Source: Acidimicrobiia bacterium (GTDB lineage Bacteria > Actinomycetota > Acidimicrobiia > Acidimicrobiales > Aldehydirespiratoraceae). Taken from it: 64,000 nt of DNA. The stretch spans positions 41,486-105,485 of the forward strand of contig JAJEDD010000041.1 in NCBI GenBank assembly GCA_022821685.1, in the 5' to 3' direction. The translations under genes were made by a program, and so were the position numbers. The notes beneath the pieces are model-generated. The model did not search any database. It saw only the letters and a program-made list of their open reading frames with translations, and was not told the DNA's origin. Below, piece after piece: positions 37,821 through 51,145 of the stretch; position 1 is the first letter of the stretch, and each line of letters opens with the position of its first letter.

Positions 37821-38558
37821 ATGGAGGACCGTATGGCTGACGTGAAACCCACCGACCGGATTTTCCTGCGCGACGCCCAGTGCCGGGCCTTCACCGCAAC
37901 CGTCGTCGCGGTCGACGGCGACCGGGTGGCCCTCGACGCCACCGCCTTCTACGCCACCAGCGGAGGCCAGCCCCACGACACCGGCACGCTCAGCTTCGCC
38001 AGCGGCGAGGCGGCGGTCACCGATGTGCGGGGCCACGACGTGGTGTGGCACACCCTCGACGGCGAGGCCCCGCCAGCCGGCACGCCGGTGCGGGGGGAGC
38101 TCGACTGGGAGCGCCGCCTCGCCCTGATGCGCACCCACACCGCGCTGCACATCCTGTGCGGGGTGATCTACAACACCTGGGGCGTGTCGGTGACCGGCGG
38201 CAACATGGCCCCGCTGTCGGCCCGCATGGACTTCGAGTTCGACCCCCTGCCGGAGGGCTTCGCCAAGCAGGTCACCGAGCTGGTCAACGCCGAGATCGCC
38301 GCCGACCGCCCCATCGAGATCTCGTTTCTGCCCCGGGCCGAGGCCCTGGCCGACGAGGATCTGATTCGCACCAAGGTCAACCTCATCCCCGAGTCGGTGC
38401 AAGAGATCCGGGTGGTGGACATCGTCGGGCTCGACAAGCAGGCCGACGGGGGCACCCACCTGCGGTCCACCGGCGGGGTGGGCCGCTTCGAGGTGGTCAA
38501 GACCGAGTCGAAGGGCAAGGCCAACAAGCGCCTGCGGATCGCCCTCCACGACGCCTGA
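37821..38558 (+). CDS. alaX: Alanyl-tRNA editing protein (AlaX-M-like)
   Basis: HxxxH zinc motif (RTHTALHILCG) and the CxxxH-region equivalent (ADGGTHL). Confidence 0.75.
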   Translation: MEDRMADVKPTDRIFLRDAQCRAFTATVVAVDGDRVALDATAFYATSGGQPHDTGTLSFASGEAAVTDVRGHDVVWHTLDGEAPPAGTPVRGELDWERRLALMRTHTALHILCGVIYNTWGVSVTGGNMAPLSARMDFEFDPLPEGFAKQVTELVNAEIAADRPIEISFLPRAEALADEDLIRTKVNLIPESVQEIRVVDIVGLDKQADGGTHLRSTGGVGRFEVVKTESKGKANKRLRIALHDA

Positions 38559-38588
38559 TCCGGCCAGTCGGCCTCTTGGCCTCTGGCC

Positions 38589-40805
38589 TCAGATCTTCTC
38601 CAGGGGGGCCCACGAGAGCAGCAGCTGCTTCTGGCCGACGCCGGGGAAGCGCACCGAGGCCTGAGCGTCGTCGCCGCTGCCCTCGATGTTGAGGATCACG
38701 CCCTCGCCCCACTGGGTGTGGCGCACATCGTCGCCCACTCGCAGTCCCAGGCGATCAGCGCCGGACGGCGCGGGAGCGGGGCGCCGGCCGGCGTCGATGG
38801 CCCGCTCCACGATCTCGTCGCGGTGGGACGACCGCCGGTCGAGACTGTGCTCGCGCCGGGCGCGGCTCCAGTGGCGGCTGCGCACCGCCCGGGCGCCGTC
38901 GGCGGCCTGCACCAGCTCGGCGGGGATCTCCTTGATGAACCGGCTCGGCGGGTTGTACTGCCGGCTGCCGTACAGCAGGCGGCTCCAGGCGTGGGTGAGG
39001 GTGAGCTGGCGCATGGCCCGGGTGATCCCGACGTAGGCCAGGCGGCGCTCCTCCTCCAGTTCGTGGGGCTCGCCCAGGGCCCGAATGTGGGGGAACACCC
39101 CGTCCTCCATGCCGATCATGTACACGTCGGGATACTCCAGGCCCTTGGCCGAGTGCAGGGTCATGAGCGTGACCGCGGAGTCGTCGGCGTCGGCCAGATC
39201 GTCGGTGTCGGCCACCAGCGCCACCGCCTCCAGGAACTCGTCGACGGTGTCGTGCTCGCCGGCCGCTCCCACCAGCTCGGCCAGGTTCTCGAGCCGGCCG
39301 TCGGCCTCGACCGACTTCTCCGCGCGCAGCTCGTCCAGATAGCCGGAGCGCTCCAAGAGCTCCTGCAGCACAGCGGCCGGCGTAGCCCGCAGCGAGGCCA
39401 CGTCGTCGATGAGGGCACGGAACTGTCCGACCCCGGCCGCGGCCCGCCCGGTGACGCCGGCGGAGGCGCAGCGGCCGAGGGCCTCGTAGAAGGTGAGGCC
39501 GTGCCGCGCCGCGCTGGCGTCGATCTTGGCCACCGAGGTGGCGCCCACCCCCCGCTTGGGCACGCCCAGCGCTCGCTTCACGCTCACCTCGTCGCCGGGA
39601 TTGGCGACCGCCTTGACGTAGGCCATGGCGTCGCGCACCTCGCGGCGGTCGTAGAAGCGGGTGCCGCCCACCAGCCGGTAGGGGATCTCCGCCTTCACCA
39701 GCTGCTCCTCTACCGCCCGGGACTGGGCGTTGGTGCGGTAGAAGACAGCCATCTCGGACAGGCGCATGTGCTCGGACTCGCGGCGGCGCACGATCTCGCT
39801 GACCACGTAGCGGGCCTCGTCGGACTCGTCGTCGGCGTGGTAGCGGACGATGCCGGGTCCCGATCCCCGGTCGGTCCACAGGTCCTTGGGCTTGCGGCCG
39901 GCGTTGTTGACGATGACGGCGTTGGCGGCGTCGAGGATGTTCTGGGTGCTGCGATAGTTCTGCTCCAGCACCACGATGCGGACGTCGTCGAAGGCCCGCT
40001 CGAACTCGAGGATGTTGCGGATGTCGGCGCCGCGGAAGGCGTAGATCGACTGGTCGGCGTCGCCCACCGCGGTCACCTGGCGGCTCTCGGCGCCCAGGCG
40101 GATCACCAGTTCGTTCTGCACCGGGTTGGTGTCCTGATACTCGTCCACCAGCACATGAGCGAAGCGCTGCCGCCAACGGTCCAGCACCTCCGGGCAGCTC
40201 CGGAACAGCTCTACGGTGCGCAGCAGCAGATCATCGAAGTCCATGGCCGCGGCCGAGGCCAGCCGGCGCTGGTAGCGGTCGAACACCTCAGCGATGCGCC
40301 GCTCGTAGACGTTGGAGGCCCGCTCGGCGTAGTCGGCCGCGCCGATGTTGTCGTTCTTGGCGGCCGAGATGACGGCGTGGATCGAGCGGGGCGGGAACCG
40401 CTTGGGGTCGAGGTTCAGGTCACGCAGCACGTAGCCGCACAGTCGCACCGCATCGCCCTGGTCATAGATGGAGAAGCGGCTGGGGTAATCGATGTAGGCG
40501 GCGTCGCGGCGCAGGATGCGCACACAGGCGGCATGGAACGTCGACACCCACATGCTCTCGGCCACCGGGCCCACCAGGCCGCCGACGCGGTGGCGCATCT
40601 CACCGGCGGCCTTGTTGGTGAAGGTGATGGCCAGGATCTCGAACGGCGACACGCCGTGCTCCCCAATCAGGTGCGCGATGCGGTGGGTGAGCACCCGGGT
40701 CTTGCCCGATCCCGCCCCGGCCACCACCAGAAGCGGCCCGCCGACATGGGTGACCGCCTCAAACTGGGCCGGGTTCAGCCCCTCCAGAATCGCCGACTCC
40801 GCCAT
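38589..40805 (-). CDS. pcrA: ATP-dependent DNA helicase PcrA/UvrD (SF1)
   Basis: Walker A AGAGSGKT, DEYQDTN, TLHSAKGLEYP, VGITRA. Confidence 0.9.
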   Translation of the reverse strand: MAESAILEGLNPAQFEAVTHVGGPLLVVAGAGSGKTRVLTHRIAHLIGEHGVSPFEILAITFTNKAAGEMRHRVGGLVGPVAESMWVSTFHAACVRILRRDAAYIDYPSRFSIYDQGDAVRLCGYVLRDLNLDPKRFPPRSIHAVISAAKNDNIGAADYAERASNVYERRIAEVFDRYQRRLASAAAMDFDDLLLRTVELFRSCPEVLDRWRQRFAHVLVDEYQDTNPVQNELVIRLGAESRQVTAVGDADQSIYAFRGADIRNILEFERAFDDVRIVVLEQNYRSTQNILDAANAVIVNNAGRKPKDLWTDRGSGPGIVRYHADDESDEARYVVSEIVRRRESEHMRLSEMAVFYRTNAQSRAVEEQLVKAEIPYRLVGGTRFYDRREVRDAMAYVKAVANPGDEVSVKRALGVPKRGVGATSVAKIDASAARHGLTFYEALGRCASAGVTGRAAAGVGQFRALIDDVASLRATPAAVLQELLERSGYLDELRAEKSVEADGRLENLAELVGAAGEHDTVDEFLEAVALVADTDDLADADDSAVTLMTLHSAKGLEYPDVYMIGMEDGVFPHIRALGEPHELEEERRLAYVGITRAMRQLTLTHAWSRLLYGSRQYNPPSRFIKEIPAELVQAADGARAVRSRHWSRARREHSLDRRSSHRDEIVERAIDAGRRPAPAPSGADRLGLRVGDDVRHTQWGEGVILNIEGSGDDAQASVRFPGVGQKQLLLSWAPLEKI

Positions 40806-40870
40806 CGCCGCTCACCCTACTGCCGCCACCCGACACCACCGGAGAGCCCTGCCGCCGACTCCTATGCGCC

Positions 40871-42019
40871 CTATGCGATCCCCGCATCATCGGCGAGGAC
40901 GTCCAAGAACGGAGAATAGCGGTAGACGCGATTGCGTCGGCGACCCGTGACCTCGTCGACGACGCCCAACGAGACCAGCTCCTCGAGCAGGCGCCCGACC
41001 GTCGAAGGCGTCGAAGCGAGCCGCGCCGTGGCGTACTTGATGGTGACGACAGGCTGCTGAGCCAACAAGTCGATCAGCGGCCAGCCGTAACGCCCCAGGT
41101 TCTGGTCGGTTGCGATGCGGCGGTGATCGTCCGTGAGCAACGTCAACTCGGCGGCCACCCGGACAGCGTCATTGGCCGTGGCCTTCACACCGGTAAGGAA
41201 GAACCGGAGCCAGCTCTCCCAGTCGCCCCGGGTGCGGATGGCATCGAGGCGGTCGTAGTACTCGCTGCGGTTCTGTTTCAGGAACAGGCTCAAGTACAGC
41301 AGCGGGCGGGCCAGCACCCGCCGTTGCACCAGCAGCAAAGCGATGAGGAGTCGTCCCACCCGGCCGTTGCCGTCCAGGAACGGGTGTATGGTCTCGAACT
41401 GGGCGTGGGCCAGGGCTGCGAGCACCAGCGGAGGGTCGCCGCTGTCGTTGAGGTAGACCTCGAGGGCTCGGATCGCGGCGGGAAGGTCTTCCGGCGTCGG
41501 CGGCACGAACGTCGCAGACTCCAGGGTGCAACCCGCTGGGCCGATCCAATTCTGGGTCCTGCGGAACTCGCCCGGATCACGCTCCTGGCCGCGCACACCC
41601 TCCATCAGCTCGCCGTGAACCCTGCGGATCAGGCGGCCCGACAGCGGCAACTCGTCGAGAAGGCGCAGTCCCAGGCCCATGGCCCGCACATAGTTGACCG
41701 TCTCGGCGAGATCGTCAGGCGGCGGAGCCACTCTGGCCTCCACCTCGTGGGCCAGCACATCGTCAAGGCTCGACTGGGTGCCCTCGATCTGGGAGCTGAG
41801 CACCGCCTCGCGGCGAACATACGATGCCACAAACAGATCGGGGTTCGGCAGGGTCCCCGCCATCCCATCCAGTCGGCCCACCGCGGCGGTGGCATCCGAC
41901 AGCAGCCCAAGCAGATCAGTGTCCCACCGCAGCGGTGGATCGGGGGGCAGCGGCTTGGGCACGAACGCCTCGTACCCGGTCAACTGCCGCCGGAACTGCC
42001 CGGCTCGCATGCTGGCCAT
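40871..42019 (-). CDS. Fic-family AMPylase-type protein with an intramolecular inhibitory motif and a C-terminal wHTH
   Basis: Fic motif HPFLDGNGRVGR. N-terminal inhibitory (S/T)xxxE(G/N) motif SSQIEGT. Strong RBS (AAGGAGG). Confidence 0.85.
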   Translation of the reverse strand: MASMRAGQFRRQLTGYEAFVPKPLPPDPPLRWDTDLLGLLSDATAAVGRLDGMAGTLPNPDLFVASYVRREAVLSSQIEGTQSSLDDVLAHEVEARVAPPPDDLAETVNYVRAMGLGLRLLDELPLSGRLIRRVHGELMEGVRGQERDPGEFRRTQNWIGPAGCTLESATFVPPTPEDLPAAIRALEVYLNDSGDPPLVLAALAHAQFETIHPFLDGNGRVGRLLIALLLVQRRVLARPLLYLSLFLKQNRSEYYDRLDAIRTRGDWESWLRFFLTGVKATANDAVRVAAELTLLTDDHRRIATDQNLGRYGWPLIDLLAQQPVVTIKYATARLASTPSTVGRLLEELVSLGVVDEVTGRRRNRVYRYSPFLDVLADDAGIA

Positions 42020-42358
42020 TTGTGCCTCCTTGTTTCGATCGCTGGAATATCGAGCCCGATTCCGACAATTATTCTAATAAACAGCAGAATACTAAAACAA
42101 CAGTGCAGTCGTGGTGCGCTTCTTTTGGACAGCCAAAATAGCGGCAGCCGGATCCAAATCTTATTCTGACAGATAACTGATTGCTAAAATAAGCGCCCAG
42201 AACCCGCGCTGGTATTTTGGCCGCTCAAATAACGGCACCAATAGCGGCAGCTTGTTCCACTGAAGGCTAGTTGACTAGAATAACGCGCAGTTCTGGGAAC
42301 CCGGCTTAGCCGGGGATAGCGTGCGGCTGATGTCTGCCATTGCTGGTGCGGCGCGGTC

Positions 42359-43291
42359 GTGAGCCGCCCGTTTCGCTTCGGTTTCAGTCTCGACGGCCTC
42401 AACGATCCCGACGAGATCGCGCGGCGGGTCCGCTGGGCCGAGGACGCCGGGTACTCGTCGGTAGTGATGACCGACCATTTCGATGCCCGACACGGACCGC
42501 TGGTGGCTCTCACCGCGGCGGCGCTGGCCACCGAGTCGCTGAAGGTGGGCACTCTGGTGCTGGCCAACGACTACCGCCACCCGGCCGTGCTGGCCAAAGA
42601 GCTCGCCTCGCTCGACGTGATCTCGGGCGGACGGCTTGAGTTCGGCATCGGCGCGGGATGGATGGCCTCCGACTACGAGCAGGCCGGGATCGACTTCGAC
42701 CGCCCCGGCGTGCGCATCGAGCGCCTCAACGAGGCGATCTCGGTGCTGGAGGGCTGCTTCGCCGACGGTCCCTTCGACTTCAAGGGCCGCCACTACCGCA
42801 TCCGGGGGCTCGAATCCTGGCCGAAGCCCGTCCAGCAGCCCCGTCCTCGGCTGCTGGTGGCCGGCGGCGGCCATCGGATGCTGGCGCTGGCCGGACGGCG
42901 GGCCGACATCGTGGGGATCAATCCCAGCCTGCACTCGGGCGCGGTCGACGAGCACGCCGGCCCCACCGCCACCGCGGCGGCCACCGACGCCAAGCTGGCC
43001 GCGGTGCGAGAGGCCGCCGGGGACCGCTTCGACGCCATCGAACTGCAGACCCGGGTGCATCTGGCCATGATCACCGACGACGCCCACGGCCTGGCCTCAG
43101 CCGCCGCGCCGGCCTTCGGGATCACCGCCGAGCAGGCCCTGAACTCACCCCACGCCTTGGTGGGAACGGTGAACGAGTGCGTGGACAGGATCGAGGACTG
43201 GAGGGACCGCTGGGGAATCTCGTACATCTCCCTCATGGGCAGCTCCGCAGAGGAGATGGCCCCCGTAGTCGACCGCCTCACCGGCCGCTAA
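42359..43291 (+). CDS. LLM-class F420-dependent oxidoreductase
   Basis: MSRPFRFGF...GYSSVVMTDHF...ELASLDVISGGRLEFGIGAGW. GTG start. Confidence 0.8.
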   Translation: MSRPFRFGFSLDGLNDPDEIARRVRWAEDAGYSSVVMTDHFDARHGPLVALTAAALATESLKVGTLVLANDYRHPAVLAKELASLDVISGGRLEFGIGAGWMASDYEQAGIDFDRPGVRIERLNEAISVLEGCFADGPFDFKGRHYRIRGLESWPKPVQQPRPRLLVAGGGHRMLALAGRRADIVGINPSLHSGAVDEHAGPTATAAATDAKLAAVREAAGDRFDAIELQTRVHLAMITDDAHGLASAAAPAFGITAEQALNSPHALVGTVNECVDRIEDWRDRWGISYISLMGSSAEEMAPVVDRLTGR

Positions 43292-43296
43292 CCGTG

Positions 43297-44841
43297 TCAT
43301 TCCCATTCGATGGTGGCGGGGGGCTTGGACGTTATGTCGTAGGCCACCCGGTTCACTCCGTCGACCTCGGCGATGACCCGGCTGCTCATGGCCTCGAGAA
43401 CCTCGTGGGGCAGGCGGGCCCAATCGGCGGTCATGGCGTCGGAGCTGGTGACGGCCCGGATCACCACCGGACGCCCGTAGGTGCGCTCGTCACCCATCAC
43501 CCCCACAGTGCGGATGTCGGGCAGCACCGCGAACGACTGCCAGATCTCCTGCTCCAGGCCGGCGCGGCGCAACTCCTCCCGCACGATGGCATCGGCGTGG
43601 CGAAGGGTGCGGGCCGCCTCCGGGGTCACCTCCCCGATGATGCGAACGGCCAGGCCCGGCCCGGGGAAGGGCTGGCGGTTCACGATCTCCGGCGGCAGGC
43701 CCAGCTCGGCGCCCACTGACCGCACCTCGTCCTTGAACAGCGACCGCAGCGGCTCGACCAGCTCGAAGTCGAGGTTCTCAGGCAGGCCGCCCACGTTGTG
43801 ATGGCTCTTGATGGTGGACGAATGGGTGGTGGCGCCCGACTCGATCACGTCGGGATACAGCGTCCCCTGCACGAGGAATCCGGCGTCGGGGATCCGGCTG
43901 CGGGCCCGCTCGAAGGCCCGGATGAACTGCTCGCCCACCGCCTTGCGCTTGGCCTCGGGCTCGGTGACGCCCTCCAGCGCGGCGAAGAACTCGTTGGCTG
44001 CGTCGATGCGGACGAGGTCTGCGCCGAAGTGGCGACCGAAGGCCTCCTCCACCTCGTCGGCCTCTCGGTGGCGCAGCAGGCCGGTGTCGACCAGCACGCA
44101 GGTGAGCCGGTCGCCGACGGCGGTGTGCACCAGCGCGGCGGCCACCGCCGAGTCCACCCCGCCCGAGAGTCCGCAGATGGCCCGGCCATCACCGATCTGG
44201 TCGCGAACGGAGGCCACCGCCGACTCGATGATCGAGTGCATCGACCAACTCAGTTCGGCACCGCAGGCCCGGCGCAGGAAGCGCTCCATCATCTCGCGTC
44301 CCTGCGGGGTGTGCTCCACCTCGGGATGGAACTGCACCCCGTAGAGGCCACGGTCGGGGTTCTCGAAGGCGGCCACCGGCGACGCGGCAGTGGCCGCAGT
44401 CACGATCGCCCCCGGCGGCGGCTCGGCGATAGCGTCGAAGTGGCTCATCCACACCGGCAGCGGCGACGGCAGGCCCGCCAACAGCACCCCGCCGTCGCCG
44501 GTGGCCGTCATCTCGGCCCGGCCGTACTCGCCCCGCCGGTTGGGGCCGACGGAGCCGCCCAGCTGCTCGGCGATGAGCTGGGCCCCGTAGCAGATGCCGA
44601 GGATCGGCACGCCCAGGCTGTAGACGGCGGGGTCGAGGCCGGGTGCGCCCTCGACGTGCACCGAGGCCGGGCCGCCGCTGAGAATCACCCCGGCGGGCCG
44701 GCGGGACGCGATCTCGGCCGCGGTGACCGTGGCGGGCACGATCTCGCTGTACACCTGGCACTCGCGCACCCGCCGGGCGATCAGCTGCGAGTATTGCGCT
44801 CCGAAGTCGACGACCAGAACGGTGTCGAAGGCACCTGTCAC
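43297..44841 (-). CDS. guaA: GMP synthase (glutamine-hydrolysing)
   Basis: [13 protein letters not shown], the PP-loop SGGVDS, C-terminal PPATIEWE. Confidence 0.95.
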   Translation of the reverse strand: MTGAFDTVLVVDFGAQYSQLIARRVRECQVYSEIVPATVTAAEIASRRPAGVILSGGPASVHVEGAPGLDPAVYSLGVPILGICYGAQLIAEQLGGSVGPNRRGEYGRAEMTATGDGGVLLAGLPSPLPVWMSHFDAIAEPPPGAIVTAATAASPVAAFENPDRGLYGVQFHPEVEHTPQGREMMERFLRRACGAELSWSMHSIIESAVASVRDQIGDGRAICGLSGGVDSAVAAALVHTAVGDRLTCVLVDTGLLRHREADEVEEAFGRHFGADLVRIDAANEFFAALEGVTEPEAKRKAVGEQFIRAFERARSRIPDAGFLVQGTLYPDVIESGATTHSSTIKSHHNVGGLPENLDFELVEPLRSLFKDEVRSVGAELGLPPEIVNRQPFPGPGLAVRIIGEVTPEAARTLRHADAIVREELRRAGLEQEIWQSFAVLPDIRTVGVMGDERTYGRPVVIRAVTSSDAMTADWARLPHEVLEAMSSRVIAEVDGVNRVAYDITSKPPATIEWE

Positions 44842-44948
44842 CGCGGGCCGCTCATCTCACCGCTCCGGCGCCTCACCGCTGACTCGCAGCAGGCCGCCGG
44901 TTCGCCGTCCGACGAGCCGCCCGCCGCGGCAGGGCTGCCCGCCGGACT

Positions 44949-46058
44949 TCACGGCGCGACGGCGACGACGGCGGCCCTTTGGAAGTCCTTCACGTCGGTG
45001 TAGCCGCACTTGGCCATGGAGGTCCGCAGCCCGCCCATCAGGTTGGTGGTGCCGTCGGGGCCGAGGGCGGGGCCGTGGAGGATCTCCGCGAGGGTGCCCC
45101 GCGGCTCCACCTCGGTGACGCGCCCCCGGGGCAGGGTCGGATGGCCGGCGGAGAGATCCCAGTGCCGGCCCGGGCACGGCGAGTCGGAGGCGGAGGCCAG
45201 CGGCAGGCCGACCATGGCCGAGTCGGCGCCGCACACGATGGCCTTGGCGATGTCGCCCGCGGTGCGCATCGTCCCGTCGGCGATCACATGGCAGTACACG
45301 CCGGTCTCGTCGAGGTGGCGCATGCGGGCGGCCCGGGCGTCGGCGATGGCGGTGGCCTGGGGCGCGTCGAGCCCGAGCACATGGCGGGTGGTGCCCACGT
45401 GTCCCGAGCCGGCGCCGACCAGCACGCCGGCCGCGCCGGTGCGCATCAAGTGCAGGGCGGCCTGATAGCTCACGCAGCCGCCGACCACCACCGGCGTCTG
45501 CATGCGCCGGATGAACGTCTTGAGGTTGAGCGGGTCGCCCGCGGAGGAAACGTGCTCGGCCGACACGATCGTGCCCGAGATGAACAGCAGGTTGATGTCG
45601 GCGGCGATGGCATGGGGAGCGAGCTCCTCTGCCCGCTGGGGCCGGACCCGGCCGGCGGTGCGCACCCCGGCGGCCGCGATCTCCGAGATGCGGGCGGCCA
45701 CCAGCTCGGGCTGCACCGGCCGGGCGTACATCTCCCGCAGGCGGGCCGCGGCCGCGGCCAGCGGCGCGGCGGCCAGCTCGGCCAACTCGGCGGCAGGGTC
45801 GGCGCAGCGGGTCCAGATGCCCTCGAGGTCGAGCACCCCCAGCCCGCCGAGCTCTCCCATCCGCACCGCGGTGGCGGGGCTGGTCACGCTGTCGGTTGAG
45901 GCGGCCAGCACCGGGATGTCGAACCGGTAGGCGTCTATCTGCCAGGAGATGTCCACGTCGGTGAGGTCGCGGGTGCGCCGGCTGGGAACGATGGCGATCT
46001 CGTCGAGCCGGTAGGCGCGCCGACCGGACTTGCCCAGCCCAATCTCGATCTCAGCCAC
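44949..46058 (-). CDS. guaB3: GuaB3-type IMP dehydrogenase-related protein
   Basis: The N-terminus (EIEIGLGKSGRRAYRLDEIAIVPSRRTRD..DISWQIDAYRFDIPV) matches the remembered mycobacterial GuaB3 pattern. There are no CBS domains. Confidence 0.8.
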   Translation of the reverse strand: MAEIEIGLGKSGRRAYRLDEIAIVPSRRTRDLTDVDISWQIDAYRFDIPVLAASTDSVTSPATAVRMGELGGLGVLDLEGIWTRCADPAAELAELAAAPLAAAAARLREMYARPVQPELVAARISEIAAAGVRTAGRVRPQRAEELAPHAIAADINLLFISGTIVSAEHVSSAGDPLNLKTFIRRMQTPVVVGGCVSYQAALHLMRTGAAGVLVGAGSGHVGTTRHVLGLDAPQATAIADARAARMRHLDETGVYCHVIADGTMRTAGDIAKAIVCGADSAMVGLPLASASDSPCPGRHWDLSAGHPTLPRGRVTEVEPRGTLAEILHGPALGPDGTTNLMGGLRTSMAKCGYTDVKDFQRAAVVAVAP

Positions 46059-46140
46059 CGCTCTGCAACATCCGTACAGGTTCGCTCATGAGTCTCAAGA
46101 CCAACAGTTCAGGGCGCCGGAAGCCGGGCACCGCACGAGC

Positions 46141-46965
46141 CTACCCGGCGCCAACTCCCGCAGTGGCGACCGCCAGCAGCCGTCGCAGCACGGCGGCCGT
46201 GGCACCCCACACGGTGTCGCCCGGCAACTCGAAGAAGGTTATGGCGCGCTCGCCTCCGAGGGCCTCGTCCCGCGGCCAGATCTCCTCGCGCCAGGCTTCG
46301 GGGTCGGTCAGATGGGCCAGCGCCACATCGAGGATCTGCTCGACCTCGGACGGGTCGGGCACCAGCTCGGGGCGCGCCTCGACGGTGGCGACGTAGGGGC
46401 ACACCAGCGAACCGGAACCGACGGTCACGAAGCTGTCGAGCCGACCGATCGGCGACACGCTGTGGGGATCCAGCCCGATCTCCTCGGCCGCCTCCCGCAG
46501 CGCGGTGGCCCACAGGTCGGCGTCGCCCGGTTCGCGCCGTCCGCCCGGAAACGAGACCTCGCCCGCATGGTGGCGGAGGTGCCCGGCGCGGCGGGTGAGT
46601 ACCACCCAGGGCTCGCCGCGGTGCTCGTACAGCAGCACCAGCACTGCGGACGGAGCGGACTCCGGCGAGTCGACGAGGGTGGGAACGGTGGCAGCGACCG
46701 CCTGCACCACCCGCTCCAGGCTGGGGCGGCGCCGGGCATCAGCAAGCACGGCCCACGGCGCCGGCGCTCCCAGCCGGGCATTCGCGGGGCGGGGAATGTG
46801 CTGGGATCCGCCCCTTCCGGTCGGGGCCGACAGCGCCGCGGTCGGTGCGGTCAGGTCGGTCAGGGCTCTTCGGCAGCGGCGGCCAAGCCTTGGAGGAGAT
46901 CCCGCAGGCCACCGGTCTTGAGGTCGCTCATCACCCGGCCCGGCGGGGTGTCGCCCCGCTCCCAC
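46141..46965 (-). CDS. Nudix hydrolase (CoA pyrophosphatase-like)
   Basis: Nudix box GGRREPGDADLWATALREAAEEIGL. The true start is probably downstream of 46965, because the N-terminal about 70 aa are Pro/Arg-rich. Confidence 0.7.
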   Translation of the reverse strand: MGAGRHPAGPGDERPQDRWPAGSPPRLGRRCRRALTDLTAPTAALSAPTGRGGSQHIPRPANARLGAPAPWAVLADARRRPSLERVVQAVAATVPTLVDSPESAPSAVLVLLYEHRGEPWVVLTRRAGHLRHHAGEVSFPGGRREPGDADLWATALREAAEEIGLDPHSVSPIGRLDSFVTVGSGSLVCPYVATVEARPELVPDPSEVEQILDVALAHLTDPEAWREEIWPRDEALGGERAITFFELPGDTVWGATAAVLRRLLAVATAGVGAG

Positions 46966-47043
46966 TCCTCCCAGTGGTCCAGCAGCTTGCGAGGGTCCGG
47001 GGCGGGCCGATCCATCCGCTGAGGCTACCGGCGCCGGACGCGT

Positions 47044-47070
47044 AGGAGCCCGAGCTCATCGCTCGGGCTC
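47044..47070 (-). terminator. Stem-loop terminator downstream of groEL
   Basis: Perfect 10-bp stem ggagcccgag / ctcgggctcc with a 7-nt loop, 28 nt after the groEL stop. No U-tract, as in the I-shaped actinobacterial type. Confidence 0.5.
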
Positions 47071-47097
47071 CTTGGGGGGTTCGCGGGGGGCGAACGG

Positions 47098-49043
<1,946 letters not shown>

Positions 49044-49115
49044 GTGTCCTCCCGGACTCCTTGGAATGGTTGGATTGTTCCTTGCGGCCGTTTGCGCTCG
49101 GCCGCGACACGGGTG

Positions 49116-49142
49116 TTGGCACTCTCCCGTGACGAGTGCCAA
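49116..49142 (-). promoter_or_regulatory. CIRCE operator (HrcA binding site) upstream of groES-groEL
   Basis: TTGGCACTC-N9-GAGTGCCAA, a perfect inverted repeat. It matches the CIRCE consensus TTAGCACTC-N9-GAGTGCTAA at 16/18 positions. Confidence 0.85.
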
Positions 49143-49213
49143 CGATAGGGGCCGCCGCCGGGCGCAACAACGCGCGAGCCGGCCTGTTTCGGGCGGCCCC
49201 GGCTGCGCCCGGC

Positions 49214-50200
<987 letters not shown>

Positions 50201-50228
50201 GATGGCGGTGGTGGCCGAGGCCGGCCCA

Positions 50229-50377
50229 AGAGCAGGCGCGGATTGCTCCCAAGCGTCTCGCAGCGCGGCGTTGTCACTCCCGCTCTTGTTCGCTGCGCTC
50301 ACGGGCCGCTCGGGCCACGGCCTCGCTATGCGCTCTGCGGGAACCCCAAGGGGGACGGATCTATCCGCTCGGCCTCT
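50229..50377 (+). mobile_element. MITE-like TIR-bounded intergenic repeat, full copy with a degenerate left end
   Basis: The core tcccgctcttgttcgctgcgctcacgggccgctcgggccacggcctcg is identical to the copies at 55855 and 56137. The right TIR is ctatccgctcggcctct. Confidence 0.75.
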
Positions 50378-50385
50378 AAACCCGG

Positions 50386-51081
50386 TCACGGCGCGCCCTC
50401 CCGCGGGTTGGGCTCGGCATCGGGGCGGCGCAGGTAGAGCGGCTCGACCGCTTCGGGGCGCACGAACTCCTCGCGCAGAGCTTGGGCGTGGGCGAGCAGC
50501 ACCAGAGACTCGGCCGACGGATGGGCGAAGCCCCGGTCAGCCACACAGGCCTCCCGCAGCGGATCGAACCTCTCGCGGTAGCGGACCGCGCCGTCGCCCA
50601 CGACCAGAGTCTCGCCGCCCTCGGCCATGATCTGCGACACGACGTGGTCGGGGCTGCCGACCGCGGGCTCGCTGATTCGCTGCACCCCGCCGGGCACGCA
50701 GCGGTAGCGGGCATGGAAGACCTCGCCGCGGCGGGCGTCGATGACGACCGCAACGGCGCGGCCGCAGTGCCGCAGGCGGTGGGCCACAAGGTCGAGGCTG
50801 GCGGCGGGCACCATCGGGACGCTGAGCGCATGGGCGATGGTGACGGCGGTGGCCACCCCCACCCGCAGCCCGGTGTACAAGCCGGGACCGACATCCACTG
50901 CGACCGCGGCCAGATCCCGCAGCGAGATCCCCGCGTTGTCGCAGACGACCTGAATCTGGGGGGCGAGCAACTCGGCGTGGCGCCGCTCCCGGGTGGCCTG
51001 CACTGACGCCAGGACGCCGTCGTGGCCTCCGACCGCGCAGCCGACACGGCCGGTGGCCGACTCGATGCCGAGAATCAGCAT
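50386..51081 (-). CDS. tsaB: tRNA threonylcarbamoyladenosine biosynthesis protein TsaB
   Basis: MLILGIESATGRVGCAV..., GPGLYTGLRVGVATA. Confidence 0.85.
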   Translation of the reverse strand: MLILGIESATGRVGCAVGGHDGVLASVQATRERRHAELLAPQIQVVCDNAGISLRDLAAVAVDVGPGLYTGLRVGVATAVTIAHALSVPMVPAASLDLVAHRLRHCGRAVAVVIDARRGEVFHARYRCVPGGVQRISEPAVGSPDHVVSQIMAEGGETLVVGDGAVRYRERFDPLREACVADRGFAHPSAESLVLLAHAQALREEFVRPEAVEPLYLRRPDAEPNPREGAP

Positions 51082-51145
51082 GGGCTTGGTCTGCGGGCGG
51101 GTGACCGCCCCTCGGGGGAGGTTGCGGCAAACGCTGACGCAGCCA

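Noticed and set aside
38559-38588. Possible bidirectional terminator between alaX and pcrA (ggccag..ctggcc)
   Set aside because: The stem is only 6 bp with alternative pairings and no U-tract. The evidence is too weak to call.
38718-40919. 733-aa plus-strand ORF antisense to pcrA, and 38755..40176 (-) out of frame
   Set aside because: Shadow ORFs. PcrA/UvrD helicase motifs are found only in frame 38589..40805.
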